The notes under the pieces are model-generated. The model worked only from the letters and a program-made list of their open reading frames with translations. It did not search any database and had not been told where the DNA came from. DNA of 64,000 nt, from the NCBI RefSeq assembly GCF_036321535.1, contig NC_087437.1, forward strand, positions 107,138,001 through 107,202,000, in the 5' to 3' direction. How positions within the stretch are numbered: the first letter of the stretch is position 1; each line of letters starts with the position of its first letter. Position numbers and translations under genes: made by a program. The stretch is from Camelus dromedarius (taxonomy: Eukaryota). This document shows, one piece after another, positions 29,341-42,939 of this stretch.

Positions 29341-31269
29341 TTGTTCAATTTTTAATCTGTATTTTGAAATTTAAATCTGTGACAAAACAATAATCTGGGA
29401 CAGTTTACTTCCAGAATCCACATGTTCCTCATATATGCTGGTCTTAAGTGGAATTAGTAGCAGAATTTTATTTTGGGAATCCTTAGATGTCTCTGACTGT
29501 CAGAATCATAATATGGCCTAAGTTTTGATGATAAATAAAGAATAAAACCCTTTAGCAAACAAATGTCCAAAAGCAGCCACGAAACAGATAAATGTGCTTT
29601 GTTTGTTTCAGTTTTTCATTTACAGTTTTAAGAATAAAATTCATAGTCTTTAGAATGAGTTAGTACTGCTGGAAGTTTTTCATTCCTCCTATCTTATTTT
29701 ACATACTAGAATAATATTCTTGCATCAAATTCCAACACAAATAAAAAGACAAGAAAAAAAATTAAAACATTAGCAACAACAAAAGTCCTGTATTGCAGCT
29801 CAACTTCTTTGCTCTCTGTCCTTGAATATTTTGCCATGCAGGTAAGTAACACAAAAGGGACAACTCTTTGGAAGCTTTAAGCAGTGTTCTGCTCTCAAAC
29901 AGAACTTTAAAGCGTCCCCTTTTGATTCAGAGTTGTGTCTACTCAATGCTTCTCACTTTTCTCAGTCTCACTTTGATCTCCTTATCTGCTCTCACTCCTT
30001 CTGTCCCATCTATCTGCTCTTGCTCCAAGTCAGATCAGCACATCGCAAAGGCAGCACAGGGCTTTATGGCTGGGAAATTCCAGGTTTACCAGTGAGGACC
30101 CAAAGTCCTGTGTACCTGCTGAGTCCCTGAAGCTCGAAGAGGTGTTAGTTTTGATCAGTGCTTGTGGTGTGAGGGAAAGCCAAGAGAGAGGGTGGGATGG
30201 TGCCATGATTGCAGTGGAACAGCATGCTGAAGTGTCATGGAAATGTGAAGTGTTGTGAAGACATGAGTAAGGACTTGATCCCTTTGAATCAGTGGATGAA
30301 AGGTGATTTGACTCCTCATCATGAATTACTGATCTCTTCTTATAAAAATGCAATAGGGAAGGTGACCTCATATTTTCTAATTAGTTTTGTCATCACCAGC
30401 CTCTGGTCCACTGCTCTGTGTATGTGTTTTCCTCCACAGGTAAATAAACTAACTCCAGCTGTTCTGGTGTGTCAACTTTTCCAACAAGTTTGGTCCTTAG
30501 CTCTGATCTGACTGCGTACAAACCAAGTGCTTTCTCCAATCTAACATTTAGATTGAACTCTCATTTCCCAGGTCTGTAGCACACAGCAGAGCTTCTTACA
30601 TGATTTCAATGTATTTTTATCTAATTAACTAAGCATTGAATCAACACTTATCTTGGGTCAGTTGGGTGAAATATGATGCAGTATTTGACAGCATTTCCAA
30701 AAATATACACAGTGCTATTTTATGTGTAAGAAATTATTATCATTGATCTAGTAACTTGAGGCTTTAGAAGTATCTTGAGGTATTTAGAACATGTTAAGCA
30801 TTGGCATTATCAAGGAAGGATGTAATATTCTGATCATCTTCTCAAGTCGTCTCATATCCTTAGGACAAAATTCAGTGACGTTAACAATAAATGATTGCAG
30901 GTTGAGCCAAGATGCGGGATGGAGATGTGACTGCTTTCAAGGTGTTTTTGCTTTGAAGTCATTATTTCTTTGTCTGGTTGCTTTTTTCCCTCTAATTTTC
31001 CTATTATTAAGTTATTTATCTTAGTTCAAAAGCAAATACTTTAGGACTTTTTGAAAAGGTAATAAGAAAGATATAGATAAATTAAATTTTAAAAAATTAA
31101 ATGAAAGGCCATAAAGTGGGACCAAAAACTGACAGAGGGAATATAATTGAGGCCTGGGGACTTTTTAGAAGAAAGGAAATCTAGATCTCATTCTGTTTGT
31201 CATCGTGTACTTCCTGACTTGCCTGGATGTGTCTACTTAGTATTTGAATCTAGTTCATATTTTCTTTAT

Positions 31270-31732
31270 ATCTGTAAACCTGCTTCTTTTTTGTTTTATT
31301 CACTAGTTTGTGATATTTTTCAGATTCCACATATAAGTGATTTCATACTGTATTTGTCTTTCTCTTCTGACTAATTTCACTTAAGACTAATGTCCTCCAA
31401 GTTCACCCATGTTGCTGCAAATGGCAAAATTTCTTTCTTTTTTATGACCGAGTAGTATTCCTCTCTGTCTGTGTGTATACATATATCTCATCATGTTTGT
31501 CCAGTCATCTGCTGACGAACACTTAGGTTGCTTCCATACCTTGGCAATTATAAATAATACTGATATGAATATAAGGGTGCATGTAGCTTTTTAAATTGGA
31601 GTTTTCTCCAGATGTATGCCCAGGAGTGGGATTGCTGGATCATATGGTAACACTGGGGTGCCTATACCTTTTCAAATTAGTGTTTTTATTTTTTTTTTCA
31701 GATATATGCGCAAGAGTGGAATTGCTGGGTAT
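31270..31732 (-). mobile_element. L1 ORF2-end/3'UTR fragment with an internally duplicated segment
   Basis: CAGATTCCACATATAAGTGA...GTTGCTGCAAATGGC...CAGGAGTGGGATTGCTGGATCATATGG. Confidence 0.85.
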
Positions 31733-34394
31733 TATAACCTCATGTTCATTTTGTGACTTTTAACACTTGCATTAACAATAAATTTATCAATGTTTTGGTG
31801 TCACTAGAGGAGAACGATTTTATGGAATAATTACATGGAAATAAAATATGGCTTTAACTTCTAAAATTTTTAATTCTCTCATATAGTCATATATTCATAC
31901 CCAATTCAGGGAAAGCTATATTTTTGAAGTTTTTGTTACAGGAGCCACAAGAGTGAGCATTCATTCTCTCTCCCGACTTTCCCTTCGTGCATTCTTTCTG
32001 TTTTACTCAGTGTGTCTCCGTCTCTCTATTTTCACTTATGAGTTGATTTTGTTGGTATATTCAATTTGTCATTCATTAAATGTGGCTGGAAGTGCAGTTC
32101 CATTAGACGTTTAGGACAAACATGACTGGTTTATTTCAGTGTAAGCCCATCAACCAAAGGTGGAAAAAGTTCCAAAAAATCTCTTTGCTGGAAAATTTAC
32201 TAATAAGCTTTTCATTGCTCAAAGGCTTGTTCACAATGTGGGATTTGAGGGTGGGGGCCTGGGTGGAAAGAAGACAAAATATAATAAACACAACAGAAAC
32301 TCACTGGCATCAAACTGATTGGAGTGCATTAGGAAAACAAATTATGAGAGAACTATGAAAACAGGCTTTGTACTTTGCAAAGTGGAACATTTCAGAGATG
32401 CCGATTACAGAGATTGGAACTAATAGCAGTGCCCCAAAGCAAGGTTTCTGTTTCAGGCCTGTGTGTGCACATTTTATTCTTCATTCATAAAGAAATCTTA
32501 GTTTGCAAACAGGATGTATACCAGACCCCTCAAGGATCTAAGAATTTCATCAACATAGAGAATTAATGTGAACACATGACTTTCTTGTAGAGTGAGAAAA
32601 GGTTAAGCTAAAATGAAACAAATGACATTTCACTTATCTGACTTTTTAAAATTAGAAGGGGAAAAAATGTATGAATGAGGAATCAGATTTTTTATTAAAA
32701 GCATATTTTAGAATATTTTCTTTTCGGAGGGCCAGATTTATTTCCTTCTTCCATTTGTTGACTCCCCCGTGAATTTAAATAAGTTCTTGGTGTGTTGTTG
32801 GTTTATTTGACTTTTGATTTTAAAAGTCAAGGGATGAATTTCAGTCTCTAAATTTGAAAGAATGTCTTTGGAGTGAGGTCCTGCCAGCTTCCTGGAGGAA
32901 GTGGCAATTAAATGGGCCCTTAGGGAAAGGGCATAATTTCAATAACAAAAGGATGGTGTAGAGTCCTCCCAGATGGAGGGACAGCGATCTTTGAATGCAA
33001 GGATAAGGGTAGGGGGCCAAGTCATTTTAGATGAGTGAGATGACCTTATGGTTCAGGACAAAGGCGAAGGGGGAGAAAAAGTGGGAAAATTAGACTTGCA
33101 CATGCCCCAGAATGTCAGGACTAAGAGTTTTATTTGGATAATTGGCACTTGGTAGACATGGACAGTGTTAAGTATGTAGCTCCATGAAGAGAAAGTGGGT
33201 GAGCTAGAAAGAAGAAATGAAGCAAGACCACAAGTTTATGGAGCTATTCTCCTGTGCTGTATATTACACAAGCTTGTCAAGTTTCCCCTTATGCAGATGG
33301 ATAGGGAAACGAGGGGTCAGGATGTTGAAAACTTGCTGAGATCTGTAGATTGAGTATTTGGATCCAGCGTTGTTGAGTGAACAAAGCCTAAGCTTCAATA
33401 GTGACAAGACTCAAGAGATTCTTCAGAACCAATGATCTGGCACAAGGCATAGAGACCAGGGTCGGGGACACTTCATGGGAGCCTCTAGCCTGCATCAAGG
33501 TCAACCTCCTAAACTAAATCTAATGGTACAGAATGTAGAGCAGACACTAGAATTCTATTTTTATTCTATTTTTTTCTGATTATCAAAGTTAATAGGATTT
33601 CAGGGTCAGCACACTAGACATACTTAGTGATATACCTCATTTTAACTGAGCATGATAAATCAAATACAAGGAGAGAACAAGGGTGGAATTTTCGCTAATT
33701 GGATCTCTAGTGTGGTGGATTTGAAAAGCTGGTCTTAGTCTGTATACTCTAGGTTCCAATCTCTGAACTCGGACAAGAAAGGAGCCACCCCAGCAAGTAG
33801 GCACATTGACTCCTGACTTGTAAGCATGTTCAGGTCCAAACAAATTAAATCCAGAGCCCAGTTCTTTCCCTCATTTCTTTTATATGCACCCATTTCTCTC
33901 TCGACATTCACTCAGAGATTACAAGTTTCAGCACACAAAAGGCTTGGAAGTAGAGGAAGCTAGAGACAGGTAGAGATGGGAAAATGCAGCTCACTGAAGA
34001 TCTAAAGAAGAACGATGTACTGCATCTGATTCTTGCACTGCAACTTACTCTAGAAGAAGCAGACTCAGTCCACCAGGTGCCCACTGGGTAAATTCCTATC
34101 AAGTGCCACAAGATGACAAGGCATTATGTTCCATCTCTTGGCTTTTAGGTTCAGAGAGGCAAACTCCCCAAATTCAAGTGGTCTGGGGTGGGGGGCTGGT
34201 TGTCCTCTTTGTTTCAAAAATCATGTATGGATAGACTTCAAAGATGAGCACCTAAAAACAAAACTAATCAAAGCATTTGGCCTATGATAAGAAAATACAG
34301 AATTAGGACTGAGAACATGGCCACAAAGATGTGCGGAAATACTTTACTTCCCTGGATTCATGATGAATCTCCTGAGTTTTTTTTTTTTTTTTTA

Positions 34395-34520
34395 AATACT
34401 AACACCTGGGCCTCAGACCCAGTACTTCTGATGTAATTGGTGTGGAGCCAGGCCTTGGCATTGGTACTTTTTAAAAGTGCTTCCAGGTGACTTTAATGCA
34501 GCCAAGACTGAGAACCTGTT
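34395..34520. mobile_element. MER5-like fragment
   Basis: TTCTGATGTAATTGGTGTGG...TTCCAGGTGACTTTAATGCAGCCAAGACTGAGAACC. Confidence 0.6.
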
Positions 34521-37500
34521 AGAGCAAGCTAGAGCAAGAACATGTCTCCACAGATATTCTCCTCTTATTTGGTCTCAGTTTCCTTATCTGGTAGAAGAGA
34601 AACTTCTGATAAGGCAGTGAGTCATTGTATTTCTCCTACCTCCTTGAAAATGCTGTTACTTTCCTGTGATGTTTATATCCTAAAATCCTCTGAGGAAATA
34701 CATATCTACATGAGAGCCAAACAGCAAATGAGATAAACTGAAATTGCATATAATCTAAGATGGCTTCCTTGTACCCTGTTCATTTTAGAATGTGTTGTCA
34801 TTCCAAGATTGGTTGAGTTCAGGCTGCTAGAAAGCCTTACTAATAAAGACAAAGACTTTATGCTGGGTCCCATGCGCAAGGAAGCCTACTGGACTTTGTT
34901 CATATCCATAGACCCCAACAGCCACCTGAAGACCCAGTATTTCCAACATAAAGGAGAAGTAAGAGTGTGAACCTGGACCGCTTTCTCCTAGCCAACCCAG
35001 CCCTCAGGGGCTTCATCTATATAATAAAGATGGTGGATAATACAATTTGAAGTTCCCTTAATTCTCTAATCTATACATTATATTATTATTATTATTCAGT
35101 AACAGAAGCTCATTAGCATTGAGAACAACAAACAAAACAAAAAACACATTTTACAAACTTTTCCCCAGTTATTTTAGATGTCCTGGGTATTCCGTCCCAG
35201 CACCAGGTCTCTGATGAGATGAGTGAAGAACTTGTCTGCAGCCCCCAATTTAAGGAGGGAGCAGGGGTGTCATAAAAGACTCAGTACTCAAGAAAAATCA
35301 TCTCTGTTGTTCCATTTTTAAAAATCAAAACGAAAATGAAAAGTCCATAAGCATAAAACATCAACAATCTAGATAAAAACATTGTATTTAAAATTTTTGA
35401 TTTATTTAGTATTTTAAATTCATGTCTTACAGTGTTTGCCCAAGCTAATATTCAAATACGCGCTCATGCAATCATTTGTACAATAAGCTTCCAGTCCTTA
35501 TGTTGTATTGCCTCCTTATACTACAAATATAAACATGTTGAAAAGATGCTCTTTGCCTTCAACAGACTTAGAGTCCAATGTAGGGTGGTGAAGTCAGTGA
35601 GGTAGGGAAAGAAGCAAAAATAGAAGAGGATAATAATGCAATTACCCATAATGTGGGTATTTAGAAGACACAGTGATTGATTTTGACTGGGAGTGTGTGT
35701 GTGGATCTGGGCAGTCTACACGAAAAATGTTACTTCTTAACCGTGGAGCATTTTATTGGGAGACATAATGGAAAGGCAACCCGGGCTGAAGGAACCACAT
35801 GGCAAAGGCAGAAACTTGGGCACAGAGAAAACAGTTCAAGAGAGAATATGCTTTTGGGGACAGAATTATAAGTGTGTCTGATCAGATGTGATGGTTGGAT
35901 GTGTGGTTGGAAAAGTTGGTTGGAACTGGAATGTTCTGAGTAGCCATCATCTGCTGGATTCCAGACTCAGGCCCTCCAGGGTAAAGAACTGAGCTGTAAA
36001 TACTCTTCAAAGCTCAGAATCCCCACAAATGAGAACCCACTGTGTTTCTAAATACAACAAGTGTTTTGGAGATTGGTAGCTCTGACCTAGTCAACTTAGC
36101 CAAGAAGGTTTAGGTAAACATCCAGGAAAACAGGCTGCCTCCAGAATTTAGCTTTGAACTGACAAAAGGCATTATTCACTCCCCTGTCTGCATCATGGGC
36201 ACAGTCAGGCAAAACCAAGGTAATGCATTTTTAGAGTTGGCTGTTCGTTTTGATGGCTGTGTCTGAACATACCAGGGTGATCATGTATTAGGTTCTGCAT
36301 TGAGCCAGGATGGACTCTTATGATTGAAAATCATTTCTCTGAGAGAAAAACAAAGCACATCAAAGTGTGATCATTTTTTCAAATTGTACACTTGCTTCTA
36401 GAGATGGAGTGTCTTTGGCTTTAACTTGAAAGCTGTGGCATTGAGTCTTTTAGGAGGTGGAAGGTAATGCCATGAGATGTTAGAAATAAACAAGAACCTC
36501 AGGAATCCTTCTGGTTTGGCATGGTGGGATCCAGTGGCAAGTACACTGTATATATCTAAAAATGAACAGTAACCTCACGAAAATGGAAGCAGAATTTCAT
36601 AGTGTGTCCTCCCTTGATCTTACCTGCTTTTAACAACAGTGCTTGCAAACTCTCTCTCCCTCTCTCTCTCTCTCCCGCCCACCCCCTCTTTCTCATTCTT
36701 CCTAATCTCTCAGAGATGGTGGCTTCTTTCTGGTTTTGATCAAATTTTCAGCTATTGTGGTATTGGTGATTTCCTTTCTAAATTAGGAAGCTGTGGTTTA
36801 AAAAAAGAAACACAATTTAAAAAAAACCCAAAAACCCTTTTCTCCCCCTCTATAGTCAATTAGAATATTATTGGGGCTATTCTGAATAGCTAAGTTTGAG
36901 AATGTACATTTTGGCTTAGATCTTTATATATAAGCCTTTCTATAACTCTTACTCTTCAACAAAAAACCAACATCCGTAGATTCTGACTCATGGAAAATTG
37001 AATTCGGATTGTCTGTTGTACTACCCTGTTTTTGTATTTCCTAGAGTTTTTGTATTACTAGAATTCTCTGGAAACTAAACCATGCCCATTTACAGCAGTT
37101 ACTATTTAAATATGTATGCTATTTTCACCTAAAATAAACTATTGTTTAAAAATGCCCATGAAAAACAAAACTTTCATTCTTCTCAATTCTTTTCATTTGG
37201 CTATACGGGAAATATTCCACTTAGCTCATTCAGAAAATGTGCAAACCTGGCTTTGGGCACAATACTCATTTTCTCAATTGGATGGGCTAGTTTCCGCACA
37301 TTTCCCGCAATCGGTTGCATATGGCTGGAAGTCAGAGTAACAGTGATTTATAGTAATTGCCTGTCATCAGTCTATGCCATGCTCACCTGCATAATCCATC
37401 AGTTGTCTCCCAAATGCCCAGGGCTCATAACCTACCTGAGGTTATTTGGTTTTCATATGAGGAAACACACACCAAGTGCCAATGTTCTGAAAATGAAGCA

Positions 37501-37754
37501 CTGGCCCCTAGTTCCTGCTGCTCCAAATTTCACAGCACTGAAGAGTCACAGGCATGTTGGCTCACATCTAATTAGAAGGTAAGAAGTACTTTCCTGAGAA
37601 TGTGTATCCCATAGGCAGAGCGGGACAGGCGTGATCTACTGAAGTGCTGCTTCTCAGCCTCAACATTATTGACATTTTGGATGGGATAGTTCCTTGTTGC
37701 AGGGGCCTGTTTTGTGCATTGCAGCATCTTTTGATTCTACCCCTTAGACGCTAG

Positions 37755-38278
37755 TGTTGCAGCAAAGTGTGTGACAGCTCAGTGTGACAGCTCAGTTGTG
37801 ACAGTAACCTGGATCCGGGCGAGAGACCAAGCAGCACTCGGAGGGTTGGAGAACTCAGGTTTATTACTCCGGTGGGCCCAGAGGAGTTAACACTCCAAGT
37901 TCTGGACCCAGTCTGTAGGGCTACACAGGCTTTTATAGGCTGCCAGTCTACACTTTGCAACATCATATACAAATAACATGTAACAAAGTTGACTAATTAG
38001 GAACGAGCTTTGTAGAAATGGACCAATCATGAGTGGTAGAAATGGACCAATCAGGAGTGAGCTCCATGCAAATAAGGTGCTACAAATGGACCAATCAGGA
38101 GTTAGCTCAGGGAACCAATAGAATCTTAGGGGTAAGTTCCACTTTCCTAGAAACAAGCCGTTTCAGAGGCAAGAAGCGAGATAATGCCGCCAGGCCTGGG
38201 AACCGGATGGTGCTGGCAGGAGAGTAGTGGCCCTGCCGGGGTGTCCTGCCAGTCTTTATCATGGGGCTTCCCACCTCA
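37755..38278 (-). mobile_element. Solo ERV LTR (524 bp)
   Basis: TG...CA termini with a 4-bp TSD CTAG (37751-37754, 38279-38282). Minus-strand TATAAAA (37931-37937) and AATAAA (37860-37865). Repeated AAATGGACCAATCA boxes. Confidence 0.9.
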
Positions 38279-38290
38279 CTAGTAGCATCC

Positions 38291-39310
38291 TTTGTTTTTA
38301 ATTGAAGTATAGTCTATTTACAATGTTGTGTTGGTCTCTGGTATACAGCATACTGATTCAGTTATACACACACATATATATGTACACATATATTCTCTTT
38401 TGTATTCTTTTTCATTATAGGTTACTAAAAGATATTGAATATAGTTCCCTGGGCTATACAATAGGACCTTGTTGTTTACCTATTTTATATATAGTAGATA
38501 GGGTCTGCAAATCCCAAACTCCCAGTTTATCCCTCCTCCGACCCTTTCCCCCTGGTAACCATAAGTTTGTTTTCTATGTCTGTGAGTCTGTTTCTGTTTT
38601 GTAAATAATTTCATTTATCTTTCCTTTTTTTTTTTTTTTGAGATTCCACATATAAGTATATCAGATATTTGTCTTTCCCTGTCTTATTTCACTTAGTATG
38701 ATAACCTCTAGGTCCATCCATGTTGCTGCAAATGGTATTATTTTATTCTTTTTTATGGCTGAGTAGTATTCTATTTTATCTATATACCACATCTTCTTTA
38801 TCCCATCATCTGTCAATGGACTTTTAGGTTGCTTCCATGTCTTGGCTGTTGTATATAGTGCTGCTATGAACAATGGGGTGCATATATCTTTTCAAATTAG
38901 AGTTTCCTCCAGATATATGCCCAGGAGTGGGGTTGCTGGATCATGGGTAAGTCTGTTTTCAAATTTTTAAGGAATCTTCATACTGTTTTCCATAATGGCT
39001 GCACCAAACTGTATTACCACCAGCAGTGTAGGAGGGTTCCCTTTTCTCCATGCCCTCTCCAGCACTTTTCATTTGTGGACTTTTTAATGATGCCCATTCT
39101 GACTGGTATGAGGTGAAGCCCTTTGCAGTTTTGATTTGTATTTCTCTGATAATTAGAGATATTGAACTTTTTTTTCATGCGCTTATTGGTACATCTTTGT
39201 TGGAGAAATGTCCGTTTAGATCTTCTGCTCATGTTTTTTTTTTGTTATTGATTTGTATGAGCTGTTTGTATATTCTGGAAATTAAGCCCTTCTCAGTCAC
39301 CTCATTTACA
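38291..39310 (-). mobile_element. 5'-truncated L1 (ORF2 C-terminus, 3'UTR and tail)
   Basis: ORF 38661-38873 reads MFIAALYTTAKTWKQPKSPLTDDGIKKMWYI...SAIKKNKIIPFAATWMDLE, the L1 ORF2 C-terminal motif. The 3'UTR is of artiodactyl type. Confidence 0.93.
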
Positions 39311-40630
39311 CCAGTAGCATCTTGGCCACTGCATAGTGACAATCAAAAATATCGCCAAACACTGCCAAACATCCCTTGCGGGGCAACATTTCTCCTGAAT
39401 GAGAACTACTGTATTAGGGAAAAATAAAACTAGGCTTTTATAATTGGCCAACATTGCATAATGAATTCATGAACTATGTATCAGTCTATAGGATGAAAGG
39501 GAATAATAAGATAGATACTTATTAAGCATACTAAAAAGCAGCATATATATGTGTGTGTGTGTGTGTATGTGTGTATGTGCAAAGCATACACTGACATTTT
39601 GGCACACTTCATTGGGGGAGGGGAGAAGTAAAAATAAACGTCGGTAGTTATGGTACTTCTGGGGCACCTGTGTTTGGAAGAGAAGTTAGAATGTGAGAAT
39701 GGTAGAAACTTTTGCCGACATTTGCCTTTATTTTGACCAGCTCATCGGTTTTAATTCTACCTTTCTTGTTGTGCAAAGTAATTACAATTTTTCTTCCCCA
39801 CTATAGCCCATCAGCTATTTGAAACACATACTACATTGTTCTAAAATCCCTTTCCAACCTTTTTTTTTTTAACCACACCAAATAGGACATAGTTTTAAGT
39901 TCTTTCAGCTTTCCAACTTCTTTCCCTTAAAGGAGCTTCAGTCTGTTTATATTATTTTTAAATTAGGATTCCCAGGATTGAAATGGGAACTTGAATCAAT
40001 TAGAAATGCTTTTGTCTACAGCAGAGAGAAAAATCCAATAGGGATTTAAACCTTAAAAAAAAAATAGTTCTCACAAAACAAGTATTCCAAAGATGGTTGA
40101 TTGTTGGCTTTGGTTTCTCAATGACCTAGTCTCCTCTGCCTTACCATTGTTAGCACAGAGCAAGGAGGGAGGGCGCAATGGTGTCAACATAACAGTGCCT
40201 GTAACACACAGAATAGGGAGAGAATCACTGTATATAACTGTAGCAACACACTTCAAGAGTCTAATTGCTTCTTTGGTAACTGCATTACTTGATTAACCCT
40301 GTATTTAACTGTATCAGAGAAACTATGACACTGCAGTGTAATTTCTTGGTCATCTCTATGCATCACCCTGGCTTTAGGTCCTTAGAAATTGTGAATTATT
40401 TACTATTGCACCCTAATATCATTATTGGCTATATTATTTAAGACATCAATAAATTTTTAAAAATTATCATTATATACCAAATATCTGATAATCTTAAGAG
40501 CAAAATTTTCACTGTTTATTAGTACGTTTCCATTTACAACATATTTATTTTTCTTTCTGTTGCATTGAAATTTCTTATTTAGCTTCAAAGGCCCATGAAT
40601 TCTCTAGAAATTGTGCATAATACTTTGTGT

Positions 40631-40634
<4 letters not shown>

Positions 40635-40670
<36 letters not shown>
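40635..40670. repeat. (GT)n microsatellite, about 18 units
   Basis: Seen directly. Confidence 0.97.
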
Positions 40671-40672
<2 letters not shown>

Positions 40673-42074
40673 TAAGCAAATCAAAGCTTTAATCAGGTTC
40701 TTGAAGTGATATTTGGCTCACGAAATTTTAACTTCTTCTACAATGTAGATTTAAAAAAATGAAATATCAAAAGAAAACTATTCTGAGAGAAGAATAATTT
40801 TCAGGAAAATAGGACAACCCAAAAGGGCCTATTTTGGAGAGATTTCTGTGTCTTCCTATGGCCCAAAAGTTAAAAAAAAAAAAAAAAAAACAAAGAAAAG
40901 GAAAAAGATAAAAGCATCTGCCATGACAGTCATGGATTTCATGTCAAACTTTGAGCTCACATACTGGAGTCTTATCAATGTCAAAATCCAAAGAGGGTTT
41001 AAGATTCTACATATATTGGATTTTAAAAATTAAAATTGTGAGCTCCATACTCTACCAATATTAAGACAGTTTTGTTCTTTCACTATAAGAAAGATGCAAC
41101 ATACAAGCTATCCTTTCTATAGGCTCCTGACCCATTTTCAGCAGCAGATGCCTTCTGAAATCTGTGTTGATGGGTGTGTATTTATTCATCCACAGTCTCT
41201 GGCTGGTCCCCGGGAGGACCAATGGCAGAAAAGCTGGTAGAATTAGGAGGGAGGTCTATCACTTTGAAAGAGCTGGAACTTGGTCACAGCTGCATAATAG
41301 AGCCAAATTAAGGTGCTTTACACTTTTCCTAACAAGCACGTTTTCGAAGTCTTCATCTTCCTGGGTAGAAGAGTTTTGCTCAATTGTAAAATGACCTACA
41401 GATAGATGACTGAACAATTTATTATTCTTTTGTACATATCTGGCTTAATATTTTAGAAAAATAAAGATTTATGTATTATTTATTTAATTCCACACATACA
41501 GCTGATACCCAAGCCTCATTTTTACAGTCTTAAATTTGAGACCTCTTTAAGTCAGACACTCCTGGTCCACAGGATGACGACAACTTTTTAGACATGTTGA
41601 AATGTTTTATTCAGGGAAAGGCATGCAGAGTGGGGAAAAAAAACAACAAAGACAAAAACAAAAAAACCCCAAAACAATAAAAATCAATTCATCTTCCCCA
41701 CCCAACCCGAAAGATTCCCCAGAGTCAGGGCTGGTACACAAAGTTAATTACAAGACTGTGTGACTTATTGTCTGTAGCTCGCTGGATTTATACTCAAATG
41801 AACATAAAGGGTAATGATTTCCACTTAATTGTTAACTATTATGCCTTTGTAATTCTAAACATTGTTGTTCCTGAAATGAAAACCTCCATTTATTTGTGTG
41901 TGGAAATGACATGGTTGCAAAGAAAAATTAACTTTAAAAGGTTGATAACTACAAAGATGGAGTATAGTATAATGTTTCGACTTTGGAGGAATTGAGGAAG
42001 GATCTTTGAGTGCTGCTGATTCACACATTGTGAAATTTTTTAATTAGCTGCGTTAAAAAGGAATGTTCTGGGAC

Positions 42075-42472
42075 TTTGACGTCTTGGATGTAAGAAATCT
42101 TGTCGATTCCACTTGGGTCTTTGGAAGTACCTACTCTGGAACCCTGAGCCGCCTTGTCAGAAGACCGATTACAACTTGGGGAAAAGACCATTGGGGAGAG
42201 ACCCGACACTACATGCAAAAGAAGGGCCCCAGCTGAGGCTGACCTTCTGGTTGTCCTTGCCAAGACACCAGGCATGTGAATGAATCTGTCGTGGACCCTC
42301 CAGTCCAGTCTAGCTACCAGAAGAATTTCATCAAATGACTCCAGTTGACGTGCAGAGCAGATGCATTGCCGCAACTGAGCCCTGACTCACAAGATTACGA
42401 GGTTCAGTAAACTGTTGTCTTAAACCACAACATTTTGGGATGGCTTGTTAATAGCAGTATAAAATCAGAACA
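42075..42472 (+). mobile_element. MLT1 (G/H-like) MaLR LTR
   Basis: CTCTGGAACCCTGAGCCGCC...CCAGGCATGTGAATGAA...TTTTGGGATGGCTTGTTAATAGCAG...CAGAACA. Confidence 0.75.
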
Positions 42473-42939
42473 TCCTTACTAAAATTTTAACTTATTTGAT
42501 CAAAGCCTTTATGCATTCATTTACTGCCAACAAAAGATTTCTTAGCTGCATCTTGGAAAACATTGTTCCAGGCAATAGATTCCCTCCCCATGGACTCATC
42601 CCTTTTGCCCCTGTTTTCAACCTGTTTTGCTTGTTCTCATCACTGTGGTGACAGATCCTTACTTGCCGTCAAGCTTTCGGTTAACATTGTCCTTGAGTCA
42701 GGGGGTTTATGTGGACCTCTTGGCCAGCAGACCAAGTGACTCCATATCAAAGTTAGCTTAGATGGGGGTCTGATCTCAAGCTTTTGTGCCCATTCTAGTA
42801 AGTCTGATTCTGTGTTTTTCTTGTGTCCTTCCTCTTATACTATAACTCCAGTAACTGGTTCTTAACCTTGTGCATTCTGATTAAGGGTGTAAACTGATAG
42901 CCTTTCTAATACTCCACTCTAGATTGGCATCCTTCCTTG

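Larger units (their letters stand above)
37646..39411 (-). mobile_element. MER20 (hAT MITE) split into pieces by the LTR and an L1
   Basis: Left piece TTCTCAGCCTCAACATTATTGACATTTTGG... and right piece ...GTGACAATCAAAAAT...GAGAACTACTG match the two halves of the reverse-strand MER20 consensus as I recall it. Confidence 0.8.
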
